Source: Octopus vulgaris (lineage: Eukaryota). From it: DNA of 64,000 nt. The position numbers and the translations under genes were made by a program. The notes beneath the pieces were generated by a model. The model made no database searches and was not told the origin of the DNA. It saw only the letters and a list, made by a program, of their open reading frames with translations. The number at the start of each line of letters is the position of its first letter. Within the stretch, counting starts at the first letter, position 1. The stretch covers positions 53,878,001 through 53,942,000 of the forward strand of contig OX597832.1 of assembly GCA_951406725.2 (NCBI GenBank), in the 5' to 3' direction. Below are positions 1-11,700 of this stretch, in pieces.

Positions 1-349
1 GATACATAAACCGTTAAAGATTATCTCTAATAATGTTTCACTGTCGAGCATGTCACATTCAGTGGTAACTTTGGCTGATTAGACTTGGATTTTTTCACAA
101 TGCCCTGTGTGAAATATTGAGTAAGATCTGACTTGTTCCTAAACTTGTATTAGTCGTTATTTCTTTCAAACTGGTGTGGGGTTAAATAAAGTTAAGATTC
201 ATATTTTTGGCAAAGTTTCATTCAATGACATGTAGCTCATTTCTTTCACTACCTCAAGAACCATCCATTCACAACTGTTATTGCCTATGATGATGATGAT
301 TTTGTAAAACATTAAATAATGCATTTTCGTCATTTCCTTCGAAAAATAG

Positions 350-497
350 GGACATTTCCAATTGACACCACAAAAACACGTCTTCAGGTGCAAGGGCAAG
401 TTATTGATTCAAGGCTAACAGAATGCAAGTACCGGGGTATGTTTCATGCCTTTGTGAGAATCTTCCGCGAAGAAGGACTCTTAGCATTCTATTCAGG
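350..497 (+). CDS. SLC25A30: SLC25A30/14-like coding exon ([17 protein letters not shown]...EGLLAFYSG)
   Basis: AG acceptor 348-349; GTAAGT donor at 498; first carrier signature motif. Confidence 0.93.
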
Positions 498-649
498 GTA
501 AGTAATTATCTCCATGTATATGGTCAAAACTTCTCACTGTTGCTTGTTTGGTCCTTAACATAGCTGTGGCCACAAAAGATGTATATTTTCAACATATAGC
601 AAGATACCTGTTCCTGTCTCTTTATCATACTTTAATCCTTTAGTTTTTA

Positions 650-980
650 AAGACCCACTCCGGTCATGACCATGGGATTGAACCTAGAAAGTTATCCTCT
701 AAGGCGCAAGTCCAGGCAAGGTTGTTTATGGAAGACCAGCAGTCGCCCATGCATACCAGCCTCTCCTCTCCATGCCTCCAATGTTATTCAAGGGAAAGGC
801 AAAACTCAATATAGTTTGGCACCAGTGATGCCGCAACTCATTTGTACAGTTTAGTGAATTGGAGCAATGTAAAATGAATTGTCTTGTTCAAGAACACAAC
901 AAACAACCCGATCCAGGAATTGAACTTGCTACCTCATGATTGTGGGCCCAATGCTCTAACCACTGAGCCATGCACCTTTA
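650..980 (-). mobile_element. tRNA-derived SINE family D (second copy ~48535-48852)
   Basis: Head on - (GGCTCAGTGGTTAGAGC...GTTCAATTCC); body shared with the 48.5-kb copy. Confidence 0.7.
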
Positions 981-996
981 ATATTTAATCCAGCTA

Positions 997-1394
997 TAGG
1001 AGTGGCTGTGTGGTAAGTAGCTTGCTTACCAACCACATGGTTCTGGGTTCAGTCTCACTGCGTGGCACCTTGGGCAAGTGTCTTCTGCTATAGCTTCGGG
1101 CCGACCAAAGCCTTGTGAGTGGATTTGGTAGACGGAAACTGAAAGAAGCCCATCGTATATATGTATATATATATATGTATGTGTTTGTGTATTTGTGTTT
1201 GTCCCCCCAACATTGCTTGACAACTGATGCTGGTGTGTTTAGGTCCCCGTAACTTAGCAGTTCGGCAAAAGAGACCGATAGAATAAGTACTAGGCTTACA
1301 AAGAATAAGTCCTGGGGTAGATTTGCTTGACTAAAGGTGGTGCTTCAGCATGGCCACAGTCACATGACTGAAACAAGTAAAAGAGAGTAAGAGT
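997..1394 (+). mobile_element. tRNA-derived SINE family A (CORE-like domain, central TA/CA microsatellite)
   Basis: A-box GTGGCTGTGTGG, B-box GGTTCAGTC, ACCTTGGGCAAGTG core, conserved tail ending GAAACAAGTAAAAGAG; many near-identical copies in the window. Confidence 0.85.
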
Positions 1395-1929
1395 AACCCA
1401 AATATTCTACCATGTTTTATGTTAGAACTGACCTGGTCCAACCTCTCACACCTACCCTACAATGACATTCTAAAAATTATATACAAACTCACCATTGAAA
1501 TCTCTAACACTATAAACAACACATAATTCAAAACAAGGTGAATAAATAAGCAATACAATTGACAAAGAAATCTGAATGCTAAAAGTTCAACCTTTCATCA
1601 TCTGGTACAAAGCTACTTCTCTCAAGATTCACCTCAGTTGAGACAGGGGCCTTGTCTTGCAAGTTACTTGGTGACCTCACCGGTGCTGGTGCCACATAAA
1701 AAGCAACCAGCATACGCTGTAAAGTTGCTGGCATTAGGAACATCACTCAGCCACATAAATCATATCAAAGCAGACAATGAAGATTGGTGCGATTCTCTAG
1801 CTTGCCAGCTTCTCTTGAATTGTCCAACCCATGCCAGCATTGAAAACAGATGTTGAATGATGGTGATATGTAATCCTGACATGCTTGAGTTAGTAGTTGT
1901 TTTCAACTCTAGGCCATCCCTCATTCAGC

Positions 1930-2510
1930 AGGCATATAGTCACAAGTATTGACGAAAGACCGAGATCTCTGGAGATATGCTGTGACTGTGAAGACCCGAC
2001 AAATAATGTGAGTTCATGGCTGTTTCCTGCACCAGTTTCACATAGCAGCCCCAACCCATCCAAAGTACCTTGGATTGCAGAATGGCCTGCTGTGCTTACA
2101 TTGGATCGTAGGGCGACCTACTGTGCTTGAGGAGACCTATTGAGTCATGTACATCAAAATAAAAGTCAAATGGAAATTGTATTTGTGATACCCATGCCGG
2201 TGGCATGTTAAAAGCACCATCCGAACATGGCCGATGCCAGTGCCACCTTGACTGGCTTCCGTGCTGGTGGCACGTAAAAAGCACCAACCGATCATGGCCA
2301 CTGCCAGCCTCCCCTGGCACCTGTGCCGGTGGCACGTAAAAAGCACCGACTACACTCATGGAGTGGTTGGCATTAGGAAGAGCATCCAGCTGTAGAAACA
2401 CTGCCAGATCAGACTGGAGCCTGGTGCAGCCTCCTGGTTTCCCAGACCCCAATTGAACCTTCCAATCCATGCTAGCATGGAAAACGGACGTTAAATGATG
2501 ATGATGATGA
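1930..2510 (+). mobile_element. 3' end of RTE-clade LINE (family C): ORF end DRDLWRYAV, 3' UTR with internal GTGCCGGTGGCACGTAAAAAGCACC repeats, (GAT)n tail
   Basis: DRxxWR C-terminal RTE motif. Same UTR recurs at ~10730-11140, 20665-21097, 22105-22344, 33830-34268, 35035-35385(-), 37795-38160(-), 49120-49600(-), 56855-57307, 60990-61370. Confidence 0.7.
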
Positions 2511-2640
2511 TATTCCAGCTATGGCCATCCTGCCTTTATTTTTGCGACATGATGTGTCTAGTATCCTGGGTAAGATCTTTTGTGCCAACTCCAAAACTAT
2601 GCATTTCACTGAGATGAAGTATTTATCCTGAATATTGCAG

Positions 2641-2735
2641 AATTGGTCCTGCCATTTTACGACAAGCTACTTATGGAACTATCAAAATTGGTATTTACCA
2701 GTCAATGAAAAGAATGTTTGTGTCCAACCCAATGG
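2641..2735 (+). CDS. SLC25A30: SLC25A30/14-like coding exon ([31 protein letters not shown])
   Basis: TTGCAG acceptor ending 2640; GTAAGT donor at 2736; phases match both neighbours; [11 protein letters not shown] is typical of the UCP5/KMCP1 group. Not in the ORF track. Confidence 0.93.
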
Positions 2736-3182
2736 GTAAGTTTGTCTTTTTTCTTTTTAATTAATTCTGGGTTTAGTGAGAGGGGCAGGTGAAATGCCTA
2801 TGTTTTTTTTTTTTTGGTTTATTTGGTTTTGTTATGTTTAAATGGTTCCAAGTTTGACAGGAAAATGCTAAGAGAAGAAACTTATTCCCAAGCTTGAACC
2901 TTGCTTCAAAAGTTTGCTATAGGGCACTCTGCTAAAGGTATCTCAGGGCCAAATGGTGTTAAACTGGTTCACAGACCTCTAATCAAAACTATTCCAATTG
3001 TTACCATTCCATCTTTTAATATATGGAGAACCACATTGTCCTATGTGTCCTTCCTGTTTTTAAGAGAGTAGGGTGTAATTTGAGGGGAAATGTAGCTGCT
3101 ATTTTGGCATGTCAAGAAACTGAGTGGAGTGGATCAGCAGGGTAGATAAAGCCATAACTCTCTTTGTTCTTAGATCCTCCAG

Positions 3183-4072
3183 TATTTATTTCTTTATTTA
3201 GCCCCTTGTAAAGGGGCTAAACTTAGAGGGGACAAACAAGGACAGACAAAGGGATTAAGTTGATTACATCGACCCCAGTGCGTAACTGGTACTTATTTAA
3301 TCGACCGCGAAAGGATGAAAAGCAAAGTTGACCTCGGCAGAAATTGAACTCGGAACGTAGCGGTAGACGAAATACCTGTTTCTTTACTACCCACAAGGGG
3401 CTACACAGAGGGGACGGACAAACAGATTAAGTCGATTACATCGACCCCAATGCGTAACTGGTACTTAATTTATCGACCCCGAAAGATGAAAGGCAACATT
3501 GACCTCGGCGGAATTTGAACTCAGAACATAGCAGCAGATGAAATACCTATTTTTTTACTACCCACAAGGGGCTAAACATAGAGGGGACAAACAAGGACAA
3601 ACGGATTAAGTCGATTATATCGACCCCAGTGCGTAACTGGTACTTACTTAATCGACCCCGAAAGGATGAAAGGCAAAGTTAACCTTGGCGGAATTTGAAC
3701 TCAGAACGTAGCGGCAGATGAAATACGGCTACGCATTTCACCCGGCGTGCTAACGTTTCCACCAGCTCACCGCCTTCTTAAACTTAAGAAGCTAAGTTTA
3801 ATACTTTGACATTCGATATACCTGCTGAAGTATTAATGATATATTTCTTTACTATCCATAAGGGGCTAAACACAGAGGGGACAAACAAGGACAGACAAAG
3901 GGATTAAGTCGATTACATCGACCCCAGTACATAACCGGTACTTAATTTATCGACCCCGAAAGGATGAAAGGCAAAGTCGACCTCGGTGGAATTTGAACTC
4001 GGAACGTAACGACAGATGAAATACCGCTAAGCATTTCGCCCGGCGTGCTAACGTTTCTGCCAACTGCCACCT
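3183..4072 (-). mobile_element. Tandem cluster (about 4 units) of SINE family B (GGCGGCGAGCTGGCAGAA head; Meta/Sauria-like central domain)
   Basis: Repeated TCGACCCCGAAAGGATGAAAGGCAAAGTCGACCTCGGCGGAATTTGAACTC; B-box GAGTTCAAATT on -. Confidence 0.8.
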
Positions 4073-5794
4073 TAAATCTCCAGTACTGTCAGCTTAAGGA
4101 CAATGAACCTCTTTCAAACATTCTGGCTGCTTGCTTACCTCTTTGCTCTACATGGGCTGACTCCCATTATTATCATTTTGTCCCTGATGAATGTATCGTA
4201 CCAAATCTTCACTGGTCTTTCACTCAGGCTTTTTCCTCTTCCTGGCCTTCTACCAGTGGACGCAGAGAAGAAGGACAGACAAAGAGATTAAGTTGATTAC
4301 ATCAACCCCAGTGCATAACTGGTACTTAATTTATGCTATCACAGTGATAGCATGTCTCTCCTGTCATAATCAGTAAACCATGTCTGCCAGTATACGTTTT
4401 ACTGATTGTGACCAGTAAACCATATCTGCCACTTAGTCACCATGTCCTGCGAATGTCTCATGCCAGCTCTTCTCATCACCTCTTCATTTCTCACAGTCTC
4501 AGTAAGAGATGCTCCACATTGAATGTAGGCAGCATTGGTGGATCACATCCATTGAGAGATCTTTGCTATCTTCTTCCAGATCTCACAGGAATGTCTCCAC
4601 ATTGCATGTTGCAGTTGTAATGATGGTGTTGGGATTGAAGATATGGTTCTTCAAGATCTGGGCTTCGTTTTGGCTTTGACCTGCATCCGTCATATGTCCA
4701 TCCTGAGATGACCTGTCTTCATTTTTATGTCCATCATATATACCCTTCACTCATATATACCCCTATACTCTGGTACTCCATCACTTCTGATGACTAGGGT
4801 TCCAGTTGATCTGATCAATGGAACAGCCTGCTTGTTAAATTAACATACAAGTGGCTGAGTGTTCCACAGACATGTGCACCCTTTAACGTAGTTCTCAGAG
4901 AGATTAAACGTGACACAGAATATGACACAGTTGGCCCCTTTGAATTACAGGTACTAGTTATTTTTTGTCTGCTGAGTGAATTGGAGCTATGTGAAATAAA
5001 GTGTCTTGCTCAAGAACACAATGTACTGCTGTGAATTGAACTTATGACCTTATAATCGTGAGCCAAATACCCTGACCACTAAGCCACGTGACTTATCCAT
5101 TATATATAATACAATCTATAACTGGCCAGTCTGTATATTAGAAATGAAATGTAGTTCTGTTTGATAGTAATTTAACTTCAATATTCTTTTCTACTCTAGG
5201 CACAAGGCCTGAAATTTTGGGGGAAGGGCGGGGCAGTCAATTAGATCGACTCCAGTATGCAACTGGTACTTAATTTATCGACCCTGAAAAGATGAAAGGC
5301 AAAGTTGACCTCAGTGGAATTTGAACTCGGAACATAAAGACAGACAAAATACTGCTAAGCATTTCGCCTGAAGTACTAACGTTTCTGCCACCTCACCTTC
5401 TTAATTTAACTTCAATATTAACAAGATTTGAAGTTAGTGAGCTGGCCGAATTGTTAGCATGCCAGGCAAAATGTTTAGCAACATTTCATCTAAATGTTCT
5501 GAGTTCAAATTCTGCCTTTCACTCTTTTGAGGTCAATAAAATAAGTACCAGTTGTGTGCTGGTGTCAATGTAATTAACTTACCCCTCCTTCAAAATTGCT
5601 GCCTTTGTGGCATAATTATTTGAAATCATTATTTAAGATCAGAAGCCATCAGAACCACTGTCTGGTACTGCATCAGGGCATTATTTGTTGCTGTTGTTAG
5701 ATATCTAGAAAATATTTTAAATACTTTGCAAATATTTATCTTGAGCTTTATTGTAAATTAACATTAATCTTATGCTGTTCTGTATTCATTTCAG

Positions 5795-5880
5795 ATGAAA
5801 CGCTCGCTACGAATGTTTTTTGTGGTGTTGTTGCTGGTATAGTTTCTAGTTCTATAGCCAATCCTACTGACGTACTCAAA
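5795..5880 (+). CDS. SLC25A30: SLC25A30/14-like coding exon ([29 protein letters not shown])
   Basis: TTTCAG acceptor ending 5794; GTAAGA donor at 5881; second signature motif. Confidence 0.93.
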
Positions 5881-6376
5881 GTAAGAATCCATTTGTTGCT
5901 CAACATTTTACTGTAAAACTAGCTAACTTTTATGATAGCTTCTATTTTGTATATTTTATGCATCACTGGTTTGAGCACACACACATACACACACACATTA
6001 GATTTTTCCTTTTCTTTGTAAGGTGGTTGTCATTAGGAAGGGCATCCAGTTATAGAAACCAAACCAAAACAGACAGTGGTGTCTGGTATGGCCCCAGGCC
6101 ATGCCAGCTCCTGTCAAGTCATCCAACCATGCCAGCATGGAAAATGGATGTTAAATGGTGGTGAATGAAATGGTAGGTGATCTCTTACAAAGTGCAAAGA
6201 CTTTTGGTTGGAACTTTGTGTTTCTGATGTGAGACAAAAATAGTAGAAGCCCTGGATTGAAATGATAAGGAAGTAAATGGAATGAGAACAATTGGGTGAA
6301 GCTGTCAGAATGCTGATGGTTTGGCATAGCTGTGTGGACATTTATCCTGTTTTGGCAAAAGTACTTTCCAGTGCTG

Positions 6377-6423
<47 letters not shown>

Positions 6424-6880
6424 GCACAGAAATATATACATATGGATAGAAAGAGCGAGAGACATAATTTATTAATTGAACATGTTTCACATAAACACTT
6501 TCCGTTCCTTCATACACATAAAGAGATGTTCACCCACAAACAGAAAATGTGTGAGGAGAGGTAGAAAGACATATCAATTTATTAATTGATTATGTTTGAC
6601 ATAAACACTTTCCATCTTCTCATACACATCATCATCATCACTGTTTAACGTCCGCTTTCCATGCTATCATGGGTTGGACGATTTGACTGAGGACTGGCGA
6701 ACCAGATGGCTGCACCAAGCTCCAATCTTGATCTGGCAGAGTTTCTACAGCTGGATACCCTTCCTAATGCCAACCACTCTGACATAAAAAGAAATCTGCT
6801 CACACATAAAGAGAGAGATGGGGGACAAGGGTTTAATACACAGACAAATAAACAAATATGTTACTACTATTACACATCAT

Positions 6881-7375
6881 GTGGAGGCGCGTGGCTTAGT
6901 GGTTAGGGTGTCAGCATCATGATCGTAAGATCGTGTTTTCGATTCCTGGACCGGGTGACGCATTGTGTTCTTGAGCAAAACACTTCATTTTTCACGTTGA
7001 TCCAGTCCACTCAGCTGGCAAAAATGAGTAACACTGCTATGGACTGGCGTCCCGTCCAGCTGGGGAACACATACGCCATGGAAACCGGGCCCATGAGCCT
7101 GGCTAGGCTTTAAAGGGGCGCAGTGGAGGGACATGGCTTAGTGGTTAGGGTGTCAGCATCATGATTGTAAGATCATGTTTTCGATTCCTGGACCGGGTGA
7201 CGCGTTGTGTTCTTGAGCAAAACACTTCATTTTTCACGTTGCTCCAGTCCACTCAGCTGGCAAAAATTAGTAACACTGCGATGGACTGGCATCCCGTCCA
7301 GCTGGGGAACACATACGCCATAGAAACCAGGAAACCGGGCCCATGAGCCTGGCTAGGCTTTAAAAGGGTGCATTT
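6881..7375 (+). mobile_element. Head-to-tail tandem pair of a tRNA-derived SINE (~245-bp unit)
   Basis: GTGGCTTAGTGGTTAGGG A-box head and GTGTTCTTGAGCAAAACACTT core repeated at about 6881 and 7123. Confidence 0.75.
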
Positions 7376-7442
7376 ATTTTTTATATTATTACACATTATA
7401 CAGAGAGTAATTTTAATTGAAACTTTATTTTATTGCTTAAAG

Positions 7443-7538
7443 GTAAGGATGCAAGCTAAGACCGAAAGTTTACAGACTTCAATGTTTCAGTCTTTTATAC
7501 AAATTTACAAGAAAGAAGGTGTTCGAGGATTATGGAGA
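7443..7538 (+). CDS. SLC25A30: SLC25A30/14-like coding exon (VRMQAKTESLQTSMFQSFIQIYKKEGVRGLWR)
   Basis: AAG acceptor ending 7442; GTGAGT donor at 7539; EGxxGLWR motif. Confidence 0.92.
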
Positions 7539-7997
7539 GTGAGTATTTTTTCCTTTACCTTTTTTTTGTTGTTTCCTTCAGTTTTTTTGTCCCACCTATT
7601 TATAGTGTCTGTACGAGGAGGATGGAGGCTGTGTGGTTAAGACTGAAATATGTGGTTCAGTCCCACCGTGTGACGCCTTGGGTAAGTGTCTTTTGCTCTG
7701 GCTACAGGCTCGTGAGTGTGAGTATTTTCATCTTTGTCTCTAACCCCTGCAACTACTTAGCAACTGGTGTTGGTTTATTTATGTCCCTGTAATTTAGCAG
7801 TTTATCAAAAGTGACTGAGAGAATAAGTACCAGGCGTAAAAAATATATAAGTTCTGATGTTGATTTTTTTTTTTTTTACTAAATCCTGCATGGTAGTACC
7901 CTGCATGGGTACCAAGCTAGGGTTTGATATTTTTGATTAAATTTTTGTAACTTGTGTATATATTTTTATCAAAAATTTTGACTATTAATTCTTGCAG

Positions 7998-8122
7998 GGA
8001 GTCGTTCCAACTGCCCAGAGGGCTGCTATTGTGGCAGGAGTAGAATTGCCTGTCTATGATATCACAAAGAAACACATCTTGAAATCTGAATCTATGGAAG
8101 ACCATGCTGGAACACATTTCGT
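7998..8122 (+). CDS. SLC25A30: SLC25A30/14-like coding exon ([28 protein letters not shown]...HAGTHF)
   Basis: TTGCAG acceptor ending 7997; GTAAGT donor at 8123; [17 protein letters not shown] is characteristic of UCP5/KMCP1. Confidence 0.94.
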
Positions 8123-9676
8123 GTAAGTTTATCAATGTTTCCCTTATCTTCTTGAATAGTAGCACACCTATTTCTGTCCTCATTCTCTCTCTCTCTCTGG
8201 CTAGGTAACCATGTACCTCTTCTACAGCAAGACACCTGTTCCCACCTCTCTGTCTCTCTGTCACACTTGAACCTTTTGTTATCAGACACAAGATCACCTC
8301 CTCCAATGCCCCCACCTCTCTCAAAGGATCTTTGTCTTGCAAGTTACTTGGTGACCCTACCAGTGTTGGTGCCACTTAAAAAGCATCCAGTCCACACTAT
8401 AAAGTGGTTGGCATTTGGAAGGGCATCCAGCTGTAAAACCTATGACCTTACCTGTGTGTCTGCCACACAAAAAGCATTTTGTCCACTCTCCTGGGTGGTT
8501 GGTGTTAGGAAGGGCATCCAGCTGTAAAAACCATGCCAAAGCACACACAGAAGTCTGGTGCAGGTTCCTGCCTGGCCAGTTCCTGTCAAACTGTCCTACC
8601 CATGCCAGCATGGAATGCAAATGTTAAATACTGATTATATTACTGGTACCTGAGGAATTTGAACTCAGAATAGACGAATTGCCGCTAAGCATTTTGGTCT
8701 GGGGTGCTGCTAACGATTCTACCAGCTTGCTGCCTTAGCAGAACTAAATATTAATAATTTAAAGTCTGTTCTTTACCGAAGTATTTTCTGTCTAATTAGA
8801 AACAAATTAGCCTTATGTTTTTAATGCGTCATCATTGTAATGACAAGAGTCTGTCATATATGAGATGTAGGTATGGTTGTGTGGTAAGAAGCTTGCTTCC
8901 AAACTACATAACTTTGGGTTCAATCCCACCTTTGGCAAGTGTTTTCTGCTTTAGCCATACGCTGATCACAGCTATGTAAGTGGACTTGGTTAATGGAAAC
9001 TGGAAGAAGCCTGTTGTGTGTGTGTGTGTGTTACTGTCTCCTTGCTTTGACATTGCGTAATAGTCGTAAATAAATATCTCTATCAGGCAAGCAGTTTCCT
9101 TTGTTTTCAATCTTTTAAAACATGCTTGGTGATGGGTAAAATATTACTTTACCTGGAAACAGGTGATGGTTGGTGACAGTAGAGGCATCCAGCTGTGGAA
9201 AGATGACTATCGACCCTGACCCTTTAGCATCTGAATTTTTCTATCAAATGTTATGATTATTCATTCTCATTGTTTTAAATTAATCATGTATTATCTTGTA
9301 GCTATGAGATTTTGTTGTGATTGTTTATTTTTAGAATGATATTGTAGGGTAGGTATGAGAGGCTGGATCTTACTCTTTTGAGCATAAAACAGGTAGGATA
9401 TTTGGGCTGGATATGGCCAGTTTAAATGCTAAAGGGCTAAGCGATGGTGATGATGTGACTCTTGTTTTATGATGCCTTGCAATGAGACTGAGCCTAGTAT
9501 CTTATTTTTCAGGTTCACTGAATATGACTGATATGAGTGGGGCAGTCCTTGTGATTGGCCCTTTAACATTCAGATAACTGTCAAACATAAAGCTTATCTG
9601 TTCTATATTTAAGAGATGAGGAATTACGTACATTATTTACATTTGACGGATATTCGTCCTCATCTTGTTTGTTGTT

Positions 9677-9722
9677 AACACTACGTTTTGGCTGATATAC
9701 CCTCCAGCCTTCATCAGGTGTC
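9677..9722 (-). ncRNA. Minimal type I hammerhead motif, core mutated (GAAA -> AAAA)
   Basis: acac-CTGATGA-a-ggctg[gagggtatat]cagcc-AAAAC-GTA-gtgt. Confidence 0.65.
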
Positions 9723-9806
9723 TTGGGGAAATTTTGAACCTGGGTCATTGTCGTCATCACCACTACCACCATCACAACCATCACCACCACCACCATCATC
9801 ACCATT

Positions 9807-9876
9807 CAGGTTACTGAATCGAACTCGGAATCTTGGGGTTAGTAGCCCATGCTCTTAACCACTATGCCATATGCCC
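9807..9876 (-). other. tRNA-like sequence (Pol III A/B boxes, anticodon ACT) inside the Penelope-like 3' region
   Basis: A box TGGCATAGTGG (9869-9859); anticodon arm GGG-CT-ACT-AA-CCC; B box GAGTTCGATTC (9826-9816). Acceptor stem degraded, so not a functional tRNA gene. Confidence 0.7.
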
Positions 9877-9905
9877 ATGTGCAATTATGGAGGGAATTTT
9901 AGGGC

Positions 9906-10139
9906 TTATAAATCTAATATTTTCCTATCCTTCCTTAACACCGGTTCCCATATGCTACTCATATCTGCACTCGGTCTGCTTAGGAGGTTGTTGTGTCCTA
10001 GCATATGTGCTGCTTCTTTTAGTTTTCATATTTTCTAGTCGTGTTCTCTCTCTATTATTTTAACTTCATCCCACAGGGGGAGGTGGTCTCCATTTTTCCA
10101 TATACGATCAGCTATACCCGATTTATCAATATCTCCTGA
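9906..10139 (-). pseudogene. Degenerate C-terminus of Penelope-like GIY-YIG endonuclease
   Basis: 78 codons with two internal stops; KS-x-IA...H...WDEVKII...KLKEA pattern recognised from PLE ORFs. Confidence 0.75.
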
Positions 10140-10247
10140 TGTCACAGCTTATCTGTACACATTGTTTTGAATTAATCATGCCTTATCCCAGAGCTTTGAG
10201 ATTTTGAAAATGTGATTGTATTTTCTTTTTTTTTTTCCTTTGTTTAG

Positions 10248-10308
10248 TGCCAGTTTTACTGCTGGACTTGCTGGTGCTATAACGTCTAACCCCATTGATG
10301 TTGTGAAG
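10248..10308 (+). CDS. SLC25A30: SLC25A30/14-like coding exon (ASFTAGLAGAITSNPIDVVK)
   Basis: Polypyrimidine tract and TTTAG acceptor ending 10247; GTAAGT donor at 10309; third signature motif. Confidence 0.93.
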
Positions 10309-10693
10309 GTAAGTGATTTTGTAAATCTGTTAACAGTTTTTTTGGTAAACATGGAACTGGTGTGGTCAAGTGGTAAGAAGTTTGCTTCCTGACCATATGG
10401 GTTCAGTCTCACTGCATACAGCCTTGTGCAAGTGTCCTCTACTTCAGCTATAGCTCCAGACTGAGCAAAGCCTTATGAATGGATTTGGTAGATGGAAACT
10501 GAAAGAAGCCTGTTTGTGTGTGTGTATATGTATATATCCATATGTAGTATATATATAAGGGCATCCAGCTGTAGAAACTCTGCCAAATCAAAACTGGAGC
10601 CTGGTGCAACCATCTGGTTTGCCAGCCCTCAGTCAAAATCGTCCAACCCATGCTAGCATGGAAAGCAGATGATAAACGATGATGATGATGATA

Positions 10694-10728
<35 letters not shown>

Positions 10729-11700
10729 CACAATCGAAATTGATCAACATCAATGGAATTTGTAGCTGTGTTAGCAGTGCCGGTGGCACGTAAGAGAACC
10801 ATCCGAACGTGGCTGTTGCCAGCACCGCCCCGACTGGCCTCCGTGCCGGTGGCACGTAAAAAGCACCATCCAACCGTGGCCGTTTACTAGCTTCGTCTGG
10901 CACCTGTGCCGGTGGCACGTAAAAAGCACCATCCAACCGTGGCCGTTTACTAGCCTCATCTGGCACGTAAAAAGCACCCACTACACTCTCGGAGTGGTTG
11001 GCGCGTTAGGAAGGGCATCCAGCCGTAGAAACATTGCCAAATCAGACTGGGCCTGGTGCAGCCTTCTGGCTTTCCAGACCCCCGTTGAACCGTCCAACCC
11101 ATGCTAGCATGGAAAGCAGACACTAAACGATGATGATGATATATATATATATATAATATTCTACGTCCTTCTGATGATGATTTAGAGCACCTAATTCTTG
11201 GATTTCCCTACACTGGATTACGCTACCCTTTGAATTCCCTCAGAGTATGTTGTTTTTGTACCTTTGATTTATATCATCATCATCGTTTAACGTCTGTTTT
11301 CCATGCTAGCATGGGTTGGACGGTTCGACCGGAGTCTGGGAAGCCAGGAGGCTGCACCAGGTTGGATTGAACCACATATTTCAGTCTTAACCACACAGCC
11401 TCCATTCCCCACGTACAGACACTTTAAATAGGTGTTAGAATCCCCCTCTCTCACTCAGCCCCCACCCTCCTGCCTCCATGATATTTGCTCAACCTATCCA
11501 CCAGCAACTCATAACCACCTCTTCATTCATAGGAGTGGCTGTGTGGTAAGTAGCTTGCTTCCCAATCACATGGTCCTGGGTTCAGTCCCAATGCGTGACA
11601 CCTTGGGCAAGTGTCTTCTACTACAACCTCGAGTTGATTAAAGCCTTGTGAGTAAATTTGGTAGAGGGAAACTGAAAGAAGCCTGTCATATATATATATA

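Larger units (their letters stand above)
9591..10156 (-). mobile_element. 5'-truncated Penelope-like retroelement: GIY-YIG ORF end, tRNA-like segment, microsatellite, hammerhead motif, tail
   Basis: 11-bp direct repeats AGCTTATCTGT at 9591-9601 and 10146-10156 (target-site duplication). Minus frame 10139-9906 reads SGDIDKSGIADRIWKNGDHLPLWDEVKIIEREHD*KI*KLKEAAHMLGHNNLLSRPSADMSSIWEPVL..., matching the C-terminal pattern of PLE GIY-YIG endonucleases. Confidence 0.8.

Noticed and set aside
1026-1223. Recurrent peptide ...QIHSQGFGRPEAIVEDTCPRCHAVGLNPEP suggesting a gene family
   Set aside because: Antisense translation of the family A SINE head; no consistent start, splice sites or frame conservation.
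4184-4215. CTGATGA as a possible hammerhead or C/D box (also at 4787 and 57214)
   Set aside because: No partner GAAA, stems or D box; these lie within decayed LINE/SINE sequence.
9807-9876. Functional tRNA-Ser(ACT) gene
   Set aside because: Acceptor and T stems are broken, there is no long variable arm, and it lies inside a transposon; kept only as a tRNA-like promoter segment.
10770-10985. CRISPR-like array of palindromic GTGCCGGTGGCACGTAAAAAGCACC repeats with ~30-35 nt spacers (also at 2.2k, 33.9k, 57k, 61k)
   Set aside because: Spacers are homologous to each other and recur in every copy; the array is the 3' UTR of an RTE-type retroelement in a eukaryote; no cas genes.
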